Source of the DNA: Leptogorgia sarmentosa
Taxonomy: Eukaryota
Direction: 5' to 3'
Assembly: GCA_964658305.1 (NCBI GenBank)
Contig: OZ210885.1
Span: 18,414,001 to 18,478,000 of the forward strand
Length of the DNA stretch: 64,000 nucleotides
Position numbers and translations under genes: made by a program. The notes beneath the pieces were generated by a model. The model did no database searches. It was not told the origin of the DNA and was given only the letters and a program-made list of their open reading frames with translations. Below, piece after piece: positions 13,901 through 27,298 of this stretch (positions are counted from its first letter, which is position 1; every line of letters starts with the position of its first letter).

Positions 13901-16701
13901 AATGAGACGCCATCATGCTTCGCAGCACAATCAAACACTATACGGACTTTCGTTGTGCTTTTATCTAATTTAACTATAGGGAAGTGCGGGAGGTACCACG
14001 TTGCTGACACGGAAGTTTCGTCCGGCGACAGCTTTCGAATGTAGCCCTTCTCAATGTACGATTTGATTGTCCGTTCGTACTCGTTCCTGACAAAGCTGTC
14101 TTTGGAGTTTAGGCTCCTTTCAGTGCATTCGAGTCGTCTCATCGCGGTTTTACGGTTATTGGGAAGCCCTTGGACCTCCTCTTTCCACGGTACAGCTATG
14201 GAATAACGGCTACCGTTGTGACTTAAAGACTTTTCCACTTTTTCCAATGCTAGCCTCTCTTCCTTTGTTATAATCTCTGTCCGTTTAACTTCGGTTCCGT
14301 ACTCCTCGATCTCCCAAAACTTACGCAAGGTGTCGTTGACTTCGCAGCAGCTGACTTTTGACCTTTCCTTACGCGTCTCTCGAGTCAAGAAGGAGTGTAT
14401 AATAAGATGGGATCGCTTTCCAGATGATCTGCTGGTTGGTCCAACGCAAGTCCATCCTAGCGGTCCCAGGCGCGCGATTGGTCCACCCGCAGGTCCGTGA
14501 ATATCCGCTTTGGAATAGTGTAAATCAACATTGTCCACCCCGATGAGCAGATCAACAAGCCCGTTATGTGCTGGCTTCGGGAAATCGCACGAGACTAGGT
14601 GGGGCCAACTCTTTTTCGTTTCGTTCCAGTCTTCCATCTTGTACGCTCCAGTGACTTGATGAGGACAGGTTCTCACTTCGATCATCTTGGCAAACTCACC
14701 ATTAACACTTTCGATTTCCACTTTCGCTGGCATCGATTGAAATGTTTCGATTGAATTGTTCAGAACGTGAACTTGAACCGTTTCCAATGTTTCTTGAATC
14801 CCTAGAAACTGGGCTATAGTTTCGTTCAAGAATGTCTCGTTGGATGCGTCATCCAGGATCGCGTTAACTTTAATTTTTTTTCCATTACATTTCAGCCAAA
14901 CTGGGACCGTTCGTAACGAACACTGTTCTCCAAGCCGTGTACTATTCTGGGTGGTCATTGACACTTTACTCTTTTCTGTTGCCCCCTCCCCTGAGGTGTC
15001 GTGGGAGGGCGGTGTCCCGGACGACGGTGGACTTTTAGGCTGACGATGAAGTAAACGATGATGATTCTGACGACATCCATTTACCTTGCACTGCTGTGAG
15101 CGTTGGCAGTCCTTGCCGCGATGGTCTTTACTAAGACACCGGAAGCACAATTGATTCTCTTTCGCAAAAGTCCATCTTTCTTCGACTGTTTTTTGTTGGA
15201 ACTGCCTACATCCCCAGATGCCGTGATGTGGTCCTTTGCAGAAAGCACATGGAGGTTTCGGTGTTGGTCTCCTGTCCCCGAATGTCTCAGAATTCCCTTC
15301 GTTTCCTGAATCCGTAAAGAACGAATTCGCCGTCTTCTTCCCCCCAAACCTAGGGGGATATGGTTTTCGACCATTTTTTTCAGCTTCTTCCCGCTCCAAG
15401 CCATGCGCCATCTCGATTGCTTCCACTCTAATTGAGACTTCTTCCTTGAGCCAATCCCGAAGACTTAGTACAGATCGTTCCGTTCTATGCTCTTTCATCC
15501 ACCTGGTGTAAGTTTCCAACTGCCACCCCGTCAACTTTTTTACCAGAAGACTGTACAAGGTTCCATCGCCCAGTTCTCCCTCCTTGCCTTCAGCCTGCAA
15601 CTTTACCACGGTCACCCTTACTAAGTCAGTAAAGCGCTGGAAACCTTGAACATCTGTCGCTCGTAACGGTTGCATTTTTTCCAAGTCATCCAAATAGGCA
15701 CGAAGCTGCCTTCTCTGGCCCCCAAACTTCGCTTCCAACATCTGCTTTGCTTCCTCATATTCTGCTTCTGACACCCCAAGTCCACGGATCGATTCTAGTG
15801 CCGCGCCGCTCAAGCACTGACGAAGCCTTGCCATCTTCAAGCTGACTGGTTCACTTGACCTGTCCACTAGGCTTCGGAACATCTCCCAAAATTCTTCAAA
15901 CTTTCTTTTGTCCCCATCGAAGGCTGGTACCTTCAAAGGTTTAAGCCGATGATTGATTATAGGCGCTTCAGCTCCACTTGCCGTGCTTTGCTGTGAAACT
16001 CCTGTTACGATTGACTCATTATGTACACTGATTTGCTGCACAGGCTCGCTAGCCCCTGCCCCGGACGTGGTCGTTGCGTCAATTGTAGCTCCACCACTGT
16101 TGCTACTTTGACTATTGCCCTCGACATTCTGATCAGGTACGTCAATTGTAGCTCCAGCACTGTTGCTACCTTGACTATTGCCCTCGACATCCTGATCAGG
16201 TACACTCCCTATCGTTGGTGATAAATTTTCCTGATGGCTTGCATGTACCGCCTCGTCTCCATTCCCTGAGGTTGTCGCTTCACTTTCAGCTGGTAGAGTG
16301 ACTGCCTGACTTACCGCAACGCCTTTCACTATCACTGCCTGCGCCTTTTCAATTGCGCCTTGACACTCGGTCTCCAAGGCGTCCGACTCTTGCATCACTA
16401 ACTCTCGTCTCTCGAAATCCTTTTGCGCCAGGAAGTACTCGGACATCTCATCCATAATGCTTTGAGTTTCCTCTAACACTACCCACAATGTCTCAATACC
16501 CTGTTCTAACTCTTGAATTTCACCACTGACATTTTTAACAGTTAGTTTTTCCAATTCATACCTTGCCTTGGTAGCCGCACGTTTTGTTGCTCGTTTACGT
16601 CGATTCAACTCGATGAGAATTTGTGGTTGTCTTATCTCTTCAACATTTTGCACTTGGCTCTGCTCTATTGGTCCTGAAAGACCAGCTTCTGTGTCTGACA
16701 T
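10976..16701 (-). CDS. BEL gag-pol (Gag, protease, RT, RNase H, integrase) split by one frameshift at ~13653
   Basis: ORFs 13588-16701 and 10976-13609. Motifs: zinc knuckles, ILDDAS, TYMDD, FVDAS, H..H..C..C, VDYAGP, SDNGTNF, HFGGIHE. Confidence 0.93.
16075..16203 (-). repeat. 63-bp tandem duplication in Gag
   Basis: VPDQxVEGNSQxSNSxGATID occurs twice. Confidence 0.85.
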
Positions 16702-17238
16702 TACCGCACTCTTGAGCTAATATCCGATGATGTTGACATGCATATATTTTATGTTAATTATCCTGTGAAAAAATACCAAGCCCAAATGACGAATGTCTAA
16801 ACCCTAGCCCAAACAGTCACACTAGGCCAAGTCACCGTCCAATACTATAATAATAAAACCAAGTCGCCGTCCGCTAATATAACAATCACTTTCGTACTGA
16901 AAAACTCGTCACGGTCCAGTTTATATATTAGTCCAGTAATAATGTATTCGAATATTTCCAATAAGCATAAATTATAATAGATTACCACCGAGCCACTAAA
17001 ACGATACGATTTTGCCACAAATTTTACGTTGTAACGAAGCCTAAAATTATGAATACAACCTTGGATGCTTTCAAAACCGATATCCCCCGTCTGTCAATAA
17101 TATCCACTACTCCGTAACGCCACAAAATGTCCCTCCAAAATCGAAAATTGAAACCTGATACGACCGAAATTTAATATGCCTCAGGAATACCACGGAACGC
17201 CCAACTGACGATTAAACTACTCGATAACTGCGTCAATG

Positions 17239-17255
17239 TCCTGGCAGGATCGCCA
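17239..17255 (-). promoter_or_regulatory. Primer-binding site, tRNA-Arg(ACG)-like
   Basis: Minus strand reads TGGCGATCCTGCCAGGA 5 nt inside the 5' LTR, complementary to the invertebrate tRNA-Arg(ACG) 3' end as I recall it. Confidence 0.8.
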
Positions 17256-17260
17256 TTTTA

Positions 17261-17453
17261 TGTTCGAACGACTCGGAAAACTTGAACATGTGTTTATTTT
17301 TAATGATATTTATATTTTACACAACGTTTTTCTTTCGTTTTCTCCTCGTGCCTCTACCTAAACAAAACCCCTCAAAAAAACCGGCAGGCTCCCCGCTTGC
17401 CACAGCAAACCCAAGAATGTCAACTTTGATATTTAAAAAACGTCTCCTACACA
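17261..17453 (-). repeat. 5' LTR (193 bp)
   Basis: Direct repeat of 10721-10913. Confidence 0.97.
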
Positions 17454-18248
17454 ATTCCAATCAAGTAACTTTGTGCAATTATACAAGAGAACTTCAAGGA
17501 GTTTGGCAGCTTACCAAAAGAGATGCCCTAAAAAGAAACTGAATCCTGACTTAGTGTACAGTGAAGTGGACTTTGCCTTCATAAATCGAGGGAACAAATT
17601 TCAAACAAAATCTACAGGCAAAAGACCAAACCAGCAGTAAGTGATTTTCAAACAGAACTAGATTTTGTTGCCATTTGAAGAATCAGTTGACAGCATTAAG
17701 ATTAGCCTTGGGTTTCCCCATGACCTCTTGATACTCTTACAATAATCACTAAAAAACATAATCGTGACTGCAACAGGTACAGTTTATTCTTTGTGAAAAG
17801 GTCTAGCAAAATCACCAGTGTAAAATGGTCTTCTGTTTAGGCATTGCACGTTTGTATGGTACCTGGGAGTGACAAGCTTTGTTAATCCTCCTTATTTACA
17901 TTTTCTATATTTTAGCACTTTTCAAATGGGCTGCCCCATGGTCATCAAACTCAGAACGTCACAAGATGGAACCAAGTTAGTGGTAAAGGAGTTCATTAAG
18001 AAGCATAACCATGTAATAAACGATGTACATGTACATCATATAGCATGTTCATGAGTTTATACAACCCAGTCTCTACCCGAAATTGAGTGTATAACTTAAT
18101 TGTTATTTGTCGGGCAAATTGAGTGTGAGGCTCAATTTCAAGGCGCTTTCACAGCTGACCAGGCCAGGTTACCCAATCCTTGCTCGCGCGCTATATTGAA
18201 ATATGTTATGTAAATTTTTGTTTGTGAATGAAATTTGGTTATTGAAAT

Positions 18249-21200
18249 ATGTCCAAAAAACCTGCTGGAAAACGTAGGAAAACTGATAGTGAAAGTTTGT
18301 CTTCAATTATCAATGAGATAAACGACATTACAAGTGCAGAATGCTCAAAAAGTAGAAAGACGAGGCCGACTCGTCCAGCCAGAAGTAAAGCTACCGATAT
18401 TGAAATTCAGCGAGATGAAACTGGTCAAAGAATATTTCACAGCCGAAGACTGTTATCTCAATCCAGTTGGGCAAGAGGAAGAGGTACAATACTTGAGCTT
18501 ATTGTAATTATGAAATGGGTTTTCTTAGAGTTTACTGTGAAATCTAGTTATACACGAGTGTTATTACATACTTGCAGACAAGAATGGAAAAAAAGATGAA
18601 AATCCCAGGCAAGGTGATGAAAATCCCAGGCAAGGTGAGGAAAACTTTATTATTGTCATGTAAATTATATTCATTTTTTAAATGTTTTCTAAATTTTTTC
18701 TTGATTACAATCAGAAGCACCAGGAGCACAGGATATGCCAGATGAATTGGATTTGGATGGCACTGTTGATGAATTTATTAACTCTGAGCAAGGTATGTAA
18801 CACTAGTAAATTTCATTAAAGTAGTACAAAATTGTGAAAAAGGTTAACTAAAAGTAGAACAGTTACTACAACCTGGCATTAGGGCCGACCCTAATGGGGG
18901 AGGCAAAGGGGGCAATTTGCCCCCAGCTTGTTGGGGCCCCCAACGAGCTTTCGCAATCGCAACTCGGACTTCAACATATGCACATGAAGCTTATGAAAGG
19001 ACAAGGGGGGCCCAAGGAAAATTTTGGCCCGGCCCCAAAAGTTGTCTGGGCAGGCCTGCCTGGCATTCAATAGTGGAGGTGACTTTCCCTTTCTTCCATC
19101 AGGTTTTAAGAATCAATGAGTCATTGTACTTATTTAACTGTAGATCTTGAAGATGTTATTGAAGAATGCCAAAAGGTTGTTGGAAGAGGTCATTGTCCCA
19201 GTGCATGGCAAAAAAGAATGATAAATCTGGATGAAAACTGGCAAAGTGTTCGAGAGACCATCTTTGAAAATGTAGTGAGTTCTTTTGACCCACCTCATTT
19301 CTCAATACCATGCTGCAAGTGTTCCACCAATGAAGCTTTGTTGAGATGTTGGGAGTGTGGTGTCAACCGATTCCTGTGTGTCAATTGTGATCATGAAGTC
19401 CATCAGTCCTTGCCTTTCCATAACCGTGAAGTCTGGTTAAATGGTTATTTTCAGTATATCCTTCCAACTGAAACAGTATCGGATGAGAAAAAAGTTACTC
19501 ATGTTGGTATGTTTTATTGTATTATGTCAAAGAAGATTTGAATGATGTATAAACAGGACAGTGCTTGATGAGAGTACCAGAATTTAGCAGGGCAAATTAT
19601 TCTATAAACAGTGAGTTACTGTATCAACTCAGTCTTCATTCTCCCTCTGCAAACAGTCTGTATAGTACACATCAATTGTCCCTAATGGTATTACTTGAAG
19701 GAAAAAAATCCTGTCACTGCTGTCCTGCTGAGTGCACAAAAATCATGATTTGTGTAATTTGCAAAAATTAAATGATTTACCTGCTCAATGAAATATATTA
19801 TTTTTCCAGATCGGTCATGTCCTCTTCTCCATCCAAAATCTTGTTTGAGTTGTAATGAACCAACTGTAAAAAAATTAGAGAGTACAATGGTTGTTTTCAT
19901 TACATCAGAAGGTACTGTAATATGCTTCAATTATTACTTGTACAGGGTGTCTCAAATAAAACGGAACACACATAAATTAATTAAATACTATGTATTCGCT
20001 GAAATTATTATTCACAATAATGTAATTATTATTAATAATAGTTCGACGAACTTTCGAAGTTCACATTTTGTGTATAGTAAGATTCAAAAGAAAACAAGTT
20101 AAAAATATTGTCCCACAAACAGCGATTTCATTTCCAATGCATTCAGAATTATATAAATATATATGTTCCGACACCCTGTTTTATATAATTGAATACATCT
20201 ATGTAGGTGTAGCACCCTGTTTTTATTTGTTTTTATTGTTATAGGAGTAGCTCTTAAATAACACTTACTCACATTTTTAAATTTAGGGAGATTTGACTTA
20301 AACTGGTTTATAATGTTTACTGTTCATCATGTGCTTGGAAATGGTCACCAAATTCCATCAGTTCCATCATCCAAAGTGGTTTCTGGCCAGGCAGTCCCAT
20401 GAATGTAAACACTTTCTATGATCAGAAATTGTTCTTCCTTTGGGATGCATTCAGAAAGCAAATGCCAGGCTCCTCCCAAACAGCATTTATACATAGTTTG
20501 GAAGAACTGTCTCATTCAAAAAACAGAGTAATATAACAGTATATTTATGATATTAGTATATGATCATAATACTACTGTACTACGTAATTATATGTTTTAA
20601 ATTTCTTTGCAGGTAAATGTTATAAATGCATCAACTTTCAGAAAAGCATTTGCAGAGTGGTGCTATTGCCAGTTTGAATTGGATTCTTTGCAAAATCAGA
20701 ACTGGCAAAAGTGCCCACCTTGCAGTGTTGAACAGCACTCTTGTCATGTTGATGGAAACCATAAGGTTTATCGATTCAAGAAAGTGTCAAGGTACAACTG
20801 TAGTTCTGTAATAATTACATTGATTATTATTGTGTGATTCAATTGGGTCAAACTGTAAAATTGCAAGTTACTACTTAATAAATTTTCCTTCACTTCCATT
20901 TAGAGGCAATTATCCTTCTTATTACTGTGACTATCTGATTTCTGACAATGCTAAGGTAGATTCACACATAAAAAACTTATCGCAAACTGGAAACAGGAAT
21001 GAAGTGCAGGTATGAAATTTCATTGTCTTGTATTAAAGTGTTTTGAACATGGATACAAGCTTGCCATCAAAAACAAGATGACTGTAATTGATGGTGAAAA
21101 ATTTTCTTTTTGATATTCTGTTTAGAAAGAAAACAATGCTTGTGGTGATACACACTGGAAGGCTGCTAAAGCTGTTTCAAAATCGAAGAAAAACCAAGAT

Positions 21201-24142
21201 GAAACTGGTTTGGTAGTTGCTGGTTGCAGGCATTCAATTTCACAAGCAGCGTTAAACATGTTCAGGGGAGAGGTTTATGGTTATACGCATTACTTACATT
21301 TGAATTTTATTCAGCCAAACAAAGTGAAGTTTTTGTGGCAGGATGTTATATGTAAATATTGGCCATGGGCTCAACGAGTGGCTTCAGGAAAAGAGAACAT
21401 GGCACTGGAAAACACAAAACCAGCTTTGTCCTTGATGCATGGGAAGTCACATAGTTGGACTTGTCAGGTAAATTTCCTTATCGTTGCTTGAATTTTGTTT
21501 GTTCGATGTAGTAATTAAAGAATATCAAAAACATATCTGAATTTTAAAAGCATTAAGATTTTATTTGTGGTAAAGTCCAGTAACATGTGAACTGTAGCTT
21601 AGAAAGTCAAATGTGTATAGGTTTGTATGTGTAAAATTTTGTGTAATATTTATATGAAAAAATTATGCATGAAATAACGATTGAAGTCTCATCAAGCTAA
21701 TCGATGTCATATCTTACATACTAGGTAATTTGGAGCGGTAGATGGCAAGAAGGTGCGTCAGCAACAGCTGGCGAAGAAGTTGAACAAATCAACAGCTATC
21801 TTTCCAGACTTGGATCAACAACAAAAAATATGACTGCTTCAGGTTAAACACATTAGAATACAGTTAAAAGTTGTTTTAAAAGTTAAAAATGGAATTCGTA
21901 TAAATTCTTCTATAAATTCTTATATCATTTTTCTTGAACATTTTTTTATTTTTTTATCTTTATAGGTCGCGAGGACTGTATCACTGAGCACCTTTTAAGT
22001 TGGAACAGGCGGAAAATTATCAATCTACCTAAGACCTTAGTACTTCGTTTGAAAACGGTAATACTAACTTCCTTTTTTCCTCAGTGTTTTATGGAATTTA
22101 ATTTAAGTGCTAACTACGCTTTGAAACAGTAAAATTTGAATTCGCTCCAATCTCCAATATACAGCAATCCAGTATCATGGGGCCTAGGAGCTAGAGTTCT
22201 TCACATTGTTCTTCGCAATATGACCAGCATATATTTACCTTGTTTAATTCACACTTTCTTATAGACTGAAAAGAAACTAGTGGATGCTAAAAATGACCTT
22301 AATAAATTCACATCAGACCTAGGATTATCAGACGAAGATGTAAATGCGTCTGTGATGTTATGGAAGCAAGACGTTCAACAGTTTGCAATGGGTAAATGTG
22401 TACTATAAAGTTAATCATATAACTGTTGCTGTTCAAAGTTAATTCATACCATTAATATTTCGACCGTTATAAGATTGACTTCACATAAAAAACTTGAAAG
22501 TTCACACGAAAATAAGCCTTTTTAATGCACGCTGATTTTAAAATCGAAATCTTACTTTATAACAGTATAATATTAATGAGATTAAAAAACTTGATTTATC
22601 GAACCCATTTACAAACCATGATGCTTGCATGTGCATGCTTATGCTCGGAGTATACGTCTTATCAATGTGACGATTTTAACAACTTCAGATCAACAGAGAG
22701 GTAAAAATGGTGAAATTGGAGATTTGGGAGAATTTTATCTTCTTCATCACACGGTGCAAAATGCTCAACATTTGACGGAATTTGTTAACGCCAACGACGA
22801 CCAGACAAGAATAATGCTCGGGAATCAAAAATTTCACCAGTTTGCTGCAGATAAAACAAAGGACTTAGATAAGAATATGGCAAGAATGCGCGCCTTGAAG
22901 ACCAGTCTTTTGAGCCGACTATGTTGCACTGAAGAAGACATTCTTGCCCAGGGGAAGGTCGAACTCGCCAAAGTAACGGTGACTGGATTGCAAATGAAGT
23001 TGGAAATGCTCTATTTTTCTATTGCGAGACGCCTGAAGGAAATTTCATCACTTGCTGGTTTGTAAATTTTTTGATGACAAATTTGTTTTTACATAGACTA
23101 CTGTACATAAGCTAGCTTGTATGTATTTAGAGCCTTATACCCGATTTATCAGATTCTAGTAAACGAAGGTCATCCATGCGCCTGAAATGTTCAAAAGAAA
23201 AAGCAGAAATACTTTCATCTGTGGAGGCATTAAATACAATTTGCCAACTGCTAGCTCTACCTCCAACACGTTCTGAAGATATTCTTGAAGGAAACTTTCC
23301 CTGGTCATTTGAAGGAGAGCCAAAAACTTCCCAAGGTAATGTATTCTAAACATCTATAGTATAACTTTACTAATTAACATTTGAAGTTCAATTCAACTAA
23401 CACATTATGTGTTCCTACATAATATGTAGATATCCCTATACGATGTAAAGCACAAGTTGTGGATAGGTTTATGCTGGTCGAACGACTGAAAGAAGAAAAA
23501 TCCCAGTTAAGAATGGAAATGAAAAACTTTCTCATGTTTTATTTGGAAACCATTTTGCCCAGTCTCCGAGAAAAGAAAGTCAGCATTAATACCAGAATAG
23601 GTACTGTAGTCGGATTTATAGATCGTGTTTTTGTGACCAATTTGCAGTGAACCTATTGACCCTATATTACGTATGTTATGTTGTACAATAACATAAAAAG
23701 AAATGGAATATATATCTGTTTTTTGTAGCTTATATAAACAACGTGGATGAACCAGATGATAAATACTCAAATGAAGAAGAGGTGTGGTCTAGTCATGTGC
23801 AGTACGTGCATATACTGTAGGTATATGAGACGTTTCGTTACGATTGTTTATTTTCCCTTTTTATAGAGTGGAGATGATAAAGGACGACGGTATTCGGTGC
23901 GTACTGAGAGACAAGATACCTAACAAGGTCACCTTGCTATTTTTAATATGGGAATTGCCTTTGCAAAAAACCAAATAAGAAATGGATTATCATACTTCGG
24001 AGATTTGAATAATTCATTGGCATATTTGCAAGATGGCGAGGATGACATCAGTAGTGATGAAGATGAAGATGATACGAACTCCAGTTGTGAAGACGCCTTG
24101 TTAAGTGATGAGAATACTGAGCACGAAACATTTGACGATTAA
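18249..24142 (+). CDS. Multi-exon CxC cysteine cluster + KDZ transposase (about 16 exons, probably damaged)
   Basis: C..C..LRCWEC..LCVNCD..H..PFHNR, CHVDGNHK, DETGLVVAGCRH, NMFRGE, WQDVICKYWPW, MHGKSHSWTCQ, GEEVEQINSYLS, REDCITEH..WN; GT-AG boundaries. Confidence 0.85.
18880..19058. mobile_element. hAT-type MITE in a KDZ intron
   Basis: TAGGGCC...GGCCTG ends; 8-bp TSD CCTGGCAT. Confidence 0.75.
19943..20178. mobile_element. Degenerate Tc1/mariner-type MITE
   Basis: TA-CAGGGTGTC ... GACACCCTG ends. Confidence 0.5.
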
Positions 24143-24740
24143 AGAAAAACTTAAACACTATATTTTGCAAATATTGGTAAACATTACCAACAATAGTTTA
24201 TTGTAAAATACATTTATCACTAAGTAAATTAAATATGCTATCGAAGAATATCGAATATAGTATACTCAACGTATTGGTGCTAAAACGTGCCGCCAGTCTC
24301 CAGCACACAAAAGGACGTACTGTGTTATAGGCAAACTAGTCAGCTATGCACTATGCACATAATCATTAACAAGAAGCTATGAATGGCTGCCATAATGTGA
24401 CAGACTGGTTCAATTCCAGTACATAGCATATGATGATTTTGTGTATCCGTCTAAAGCCATATACGTCTTCGACAAAGCCAAACATGTTATTGAAGATTTC
24501 GATAATTTATAAGGTTCTTACAAAAACAAGCGCATTTCAACCTGTCTTCTACGACTATTTCGTTCAGGGTCGTTTATTTCTTAGAGTACTTTTTGGAGCT
24601 TGGCAGCGTCGCGGCCAAAAATAGCACACAGCCGTAAGTCTGATTATTGATGATTGTAATTATCAGATACAAACAATAACCTTTTTTCAAGCTCGGCACG
24701 CTAATAAATCGTATTGACATGAACGCACTGATTTCAAATA

Positions 24741-25352
24741 ATTATACAGTATAGATTGGTTGTTGATCACGGGCACCAAATAGAGATGTTTTACTTACTA
24801 TTGGTCTTTTTGTACAAAACTTAGCACACTAATGTAACTTTGTAGGATAAACAACATATTAAATTTTTAGATTCATCCCAGCAATGCTTCACGTATTTTG
24901 CAATTTCGTCATTTCTATGCACGCCCGTGTAATATACAGTATAGATTGGTAGTTGATCACGGGCACCAAATATAAATGTCTTACTTATTTTTTGTCCTTT
25001 TGTACAAAACTTAGCACACTAATGTAACTTTGTAGGATAAACAACATATTAAATTTTTAGATTCATCCCAGCAATGCTTCATGTATTTTGCAATTTCGTC
25101 ATTTCTATGCACGTCCGTGTAATATACAGTATAGATTGGTTGTTGATCACGGGCACCAAATAGAGATGTCTTACTTACTTTTTGTCTTTTTGTACAAAAC
25201 TTAGCACACTAATATTACTTTGTAGGATAAACAACATATTAAATTTTTAGATTCATCCCAGCAATGCTTCATGTATTTTGCAATTTCGTCATTTCTATGC
25301 ACGCCCGTGTAATATACAGTATAGATTGGTTGTTGATCACGGGCACCAAATA
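24741..25352. repeat. 190-bp tandem repeat, ~3.2 copies
   Basis: ATACAGTATAGATTGG recurs at about 24744, 24934, 25124 and 25314. Confidence 0.93.
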
Positions 25353-25555
25353 TATTTGGCCCAAGCTATGAATTCAAAACTGTAAGGGCTATTGTACCTA
25401 ACTGTTAATGCTTTTCGTATGCATTTAATAATGTTCAAACGTTAGTAAACGTCCCAAAATGAGCCAAATAACAGATGAAATTATAAATAAATATCGAGAT
25501 TATATATATTATAGGCAAACGAGAAGGACAGGGTCATCCCGTTTGTTAAGGCCTG

Positions 25556-25794
25556 GGGTCGGTTGTACGAAGCCCGTTTAGCCTAAACGGTGGATAAGCC
25601 AAAATTTAATAACACTCTCACAATTCTTGTAAACGTATGAACTTAAATTTCATGCACTAAATACGTAGTGGCAGTCATAGTTGTTCTATTCATGTTGAAA
25701 ACTTTCAGTTTTGTTATTCAATGAATTAATAGACTTGTTTTTATTTCTCAACTTATCCGCCGTTTAGGTTAAACGGGCTTCGTACAACCGGCCC
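25556..25794. mobile_element. Harbinger-type MITE related to 7505-8527; a ~70-bp relative lies at 25847-25919
   Basis: GGG(T/C)CGGTTGTACGAAGCCCGTTTA TIRs with CWG flanks. Confidence 0.75.
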
Positions 25795-27298
25795 CAGGTT
25801 TAGACGCCGAAATTTTCATGCATCGAAGGCCGAACCAAGTACAATTCAGGGGCCGGTTGTATAAAAACGTAGTTAAGAGTTAAAACGGATAGTTAAAAGT
25901 TTTATACAATTGACCCCTGTACGACATAAGTACGGCAACTGATTTAGACGTCGGACTTAATTGCGCCAGGGATTATTCTAAGAAAATTTTATCACGCACA
26001 AAAGCACAAAAAATTATAAAAATATGTAAAAAGGTCTGACTGCCCAATTCGGAACATCAAACTGTTTCCTATTTTCCGATTTAGCTTTTTTTGCTAAAAT
26101 ATGTAAAGTTATGAAACTATTGCTGTTGCATGCTCAAAGTTATTGCCAAATTCTAATAAATAATGAATAACATATATCTCCCCTGGCACTGAACGAGTAA
26201 TGGGCCTTTTATGCATATCATGGGGATGGTGTTAAAGTACCTGAAAGGGGGGGCGGAGAGAAAATGAATGGTATTAAAAAAATTGGAGGCCCATCCGGAG
26301 AAAGTGTCACAAAATTTCACGATCCAACGCTGGTTAATAAAAATATTTCATGAGCCACCCTGTAAATTTTCCCTACAAAGCAGTGGTTACTTCATTCATA
26401 TGTATAAGAATCAACAACTCACTATATTATTAAACACGTATTAAAACATGATTTGCAATACTAGATTTGTACCTCTTATCGAATAACACCAAGAATAAAC
26501 TCATTTTCTATTTTTCTACATTATATTAAAGTGAATGACCTTACATGAACGAAAGTACATTAACACATCGAAGGAAGTTTTGCATATTACTAATTATGCG
26601 AATGCTTTGGTTGTATTATTTTCAAATTCGTCCTGAGATGTAAATATACGGAGAGTCAAGCCACTCAGCACTTTTGCAATTAAGATAATTGAAAAATTCT
26701 GCATTAATATATTCTTTGATGTTCAAAACTAAGAAATGGCTCTGGGAATTTGAAATTGAATATTTCAAATGCAATCAAATTTCGAATCTTCGTTTCATAA
26801 TCACTTACTACTAAACAAAAGCAGGAAATAGTTAGCTACAGAGACATTAGCTAACACTGCCAAATTATTGTGCAACCAATTTTTTATACTGCATTTTGAT
26901 CAAAAGTGAGTTTCAGCTCCCTATAATTATTTTGTCACTACGGAATGAATTTTTTGGGAGACATGCACACTGACACAGAAGAAAGGTGACATTTAACAGC
27001 TACTGTAAGCCCCAAAATTCAGGCTAATACGAAGAAGTGCAAACATGTACACTGAATATTGAATTTATTGAATATTGAACAAAATTGAATTAAATTTTCA
27101 ATATATACCAAGGTTATAATAATAATAATATCTTTTTCTTGCAGACAACTGATGAAATATAAGACGAAACAAACTCCGAATGAACTGAAGATTTGAGTTT
27201 TCAACTGAAAAGAATTTTGTGTCCTGTTTTTAATAACTCAAGTCTTGAGTTTACAAGATGATGATATTCGGACTTTGTTTCGTCTTATATATAAGAAA

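Larger units (their letters stand above)
10721..17453 (-). mobile_element. Full-length BEL/Pao LTR retrotransposon, recent insertion
   Basis: Two identical-looking 193-bp TG...CA LTRs, 5-bp TSD ATTCC (10716-10720 and 17454-17458), PBS, PPT and gag-pol. Confidence 0.97.

Noticed and set aside
24270..24480. Possible PHD-finger remnant downstream of KDZ
   Set aside because: Only scattered Cys/Trp-Phe hints, with no continuous frame.
24741..25352. CRISPR-like array
   Set aside because: Whole 190-bp units repeat with no unique spacers; eukaryotic context and no cas genes.
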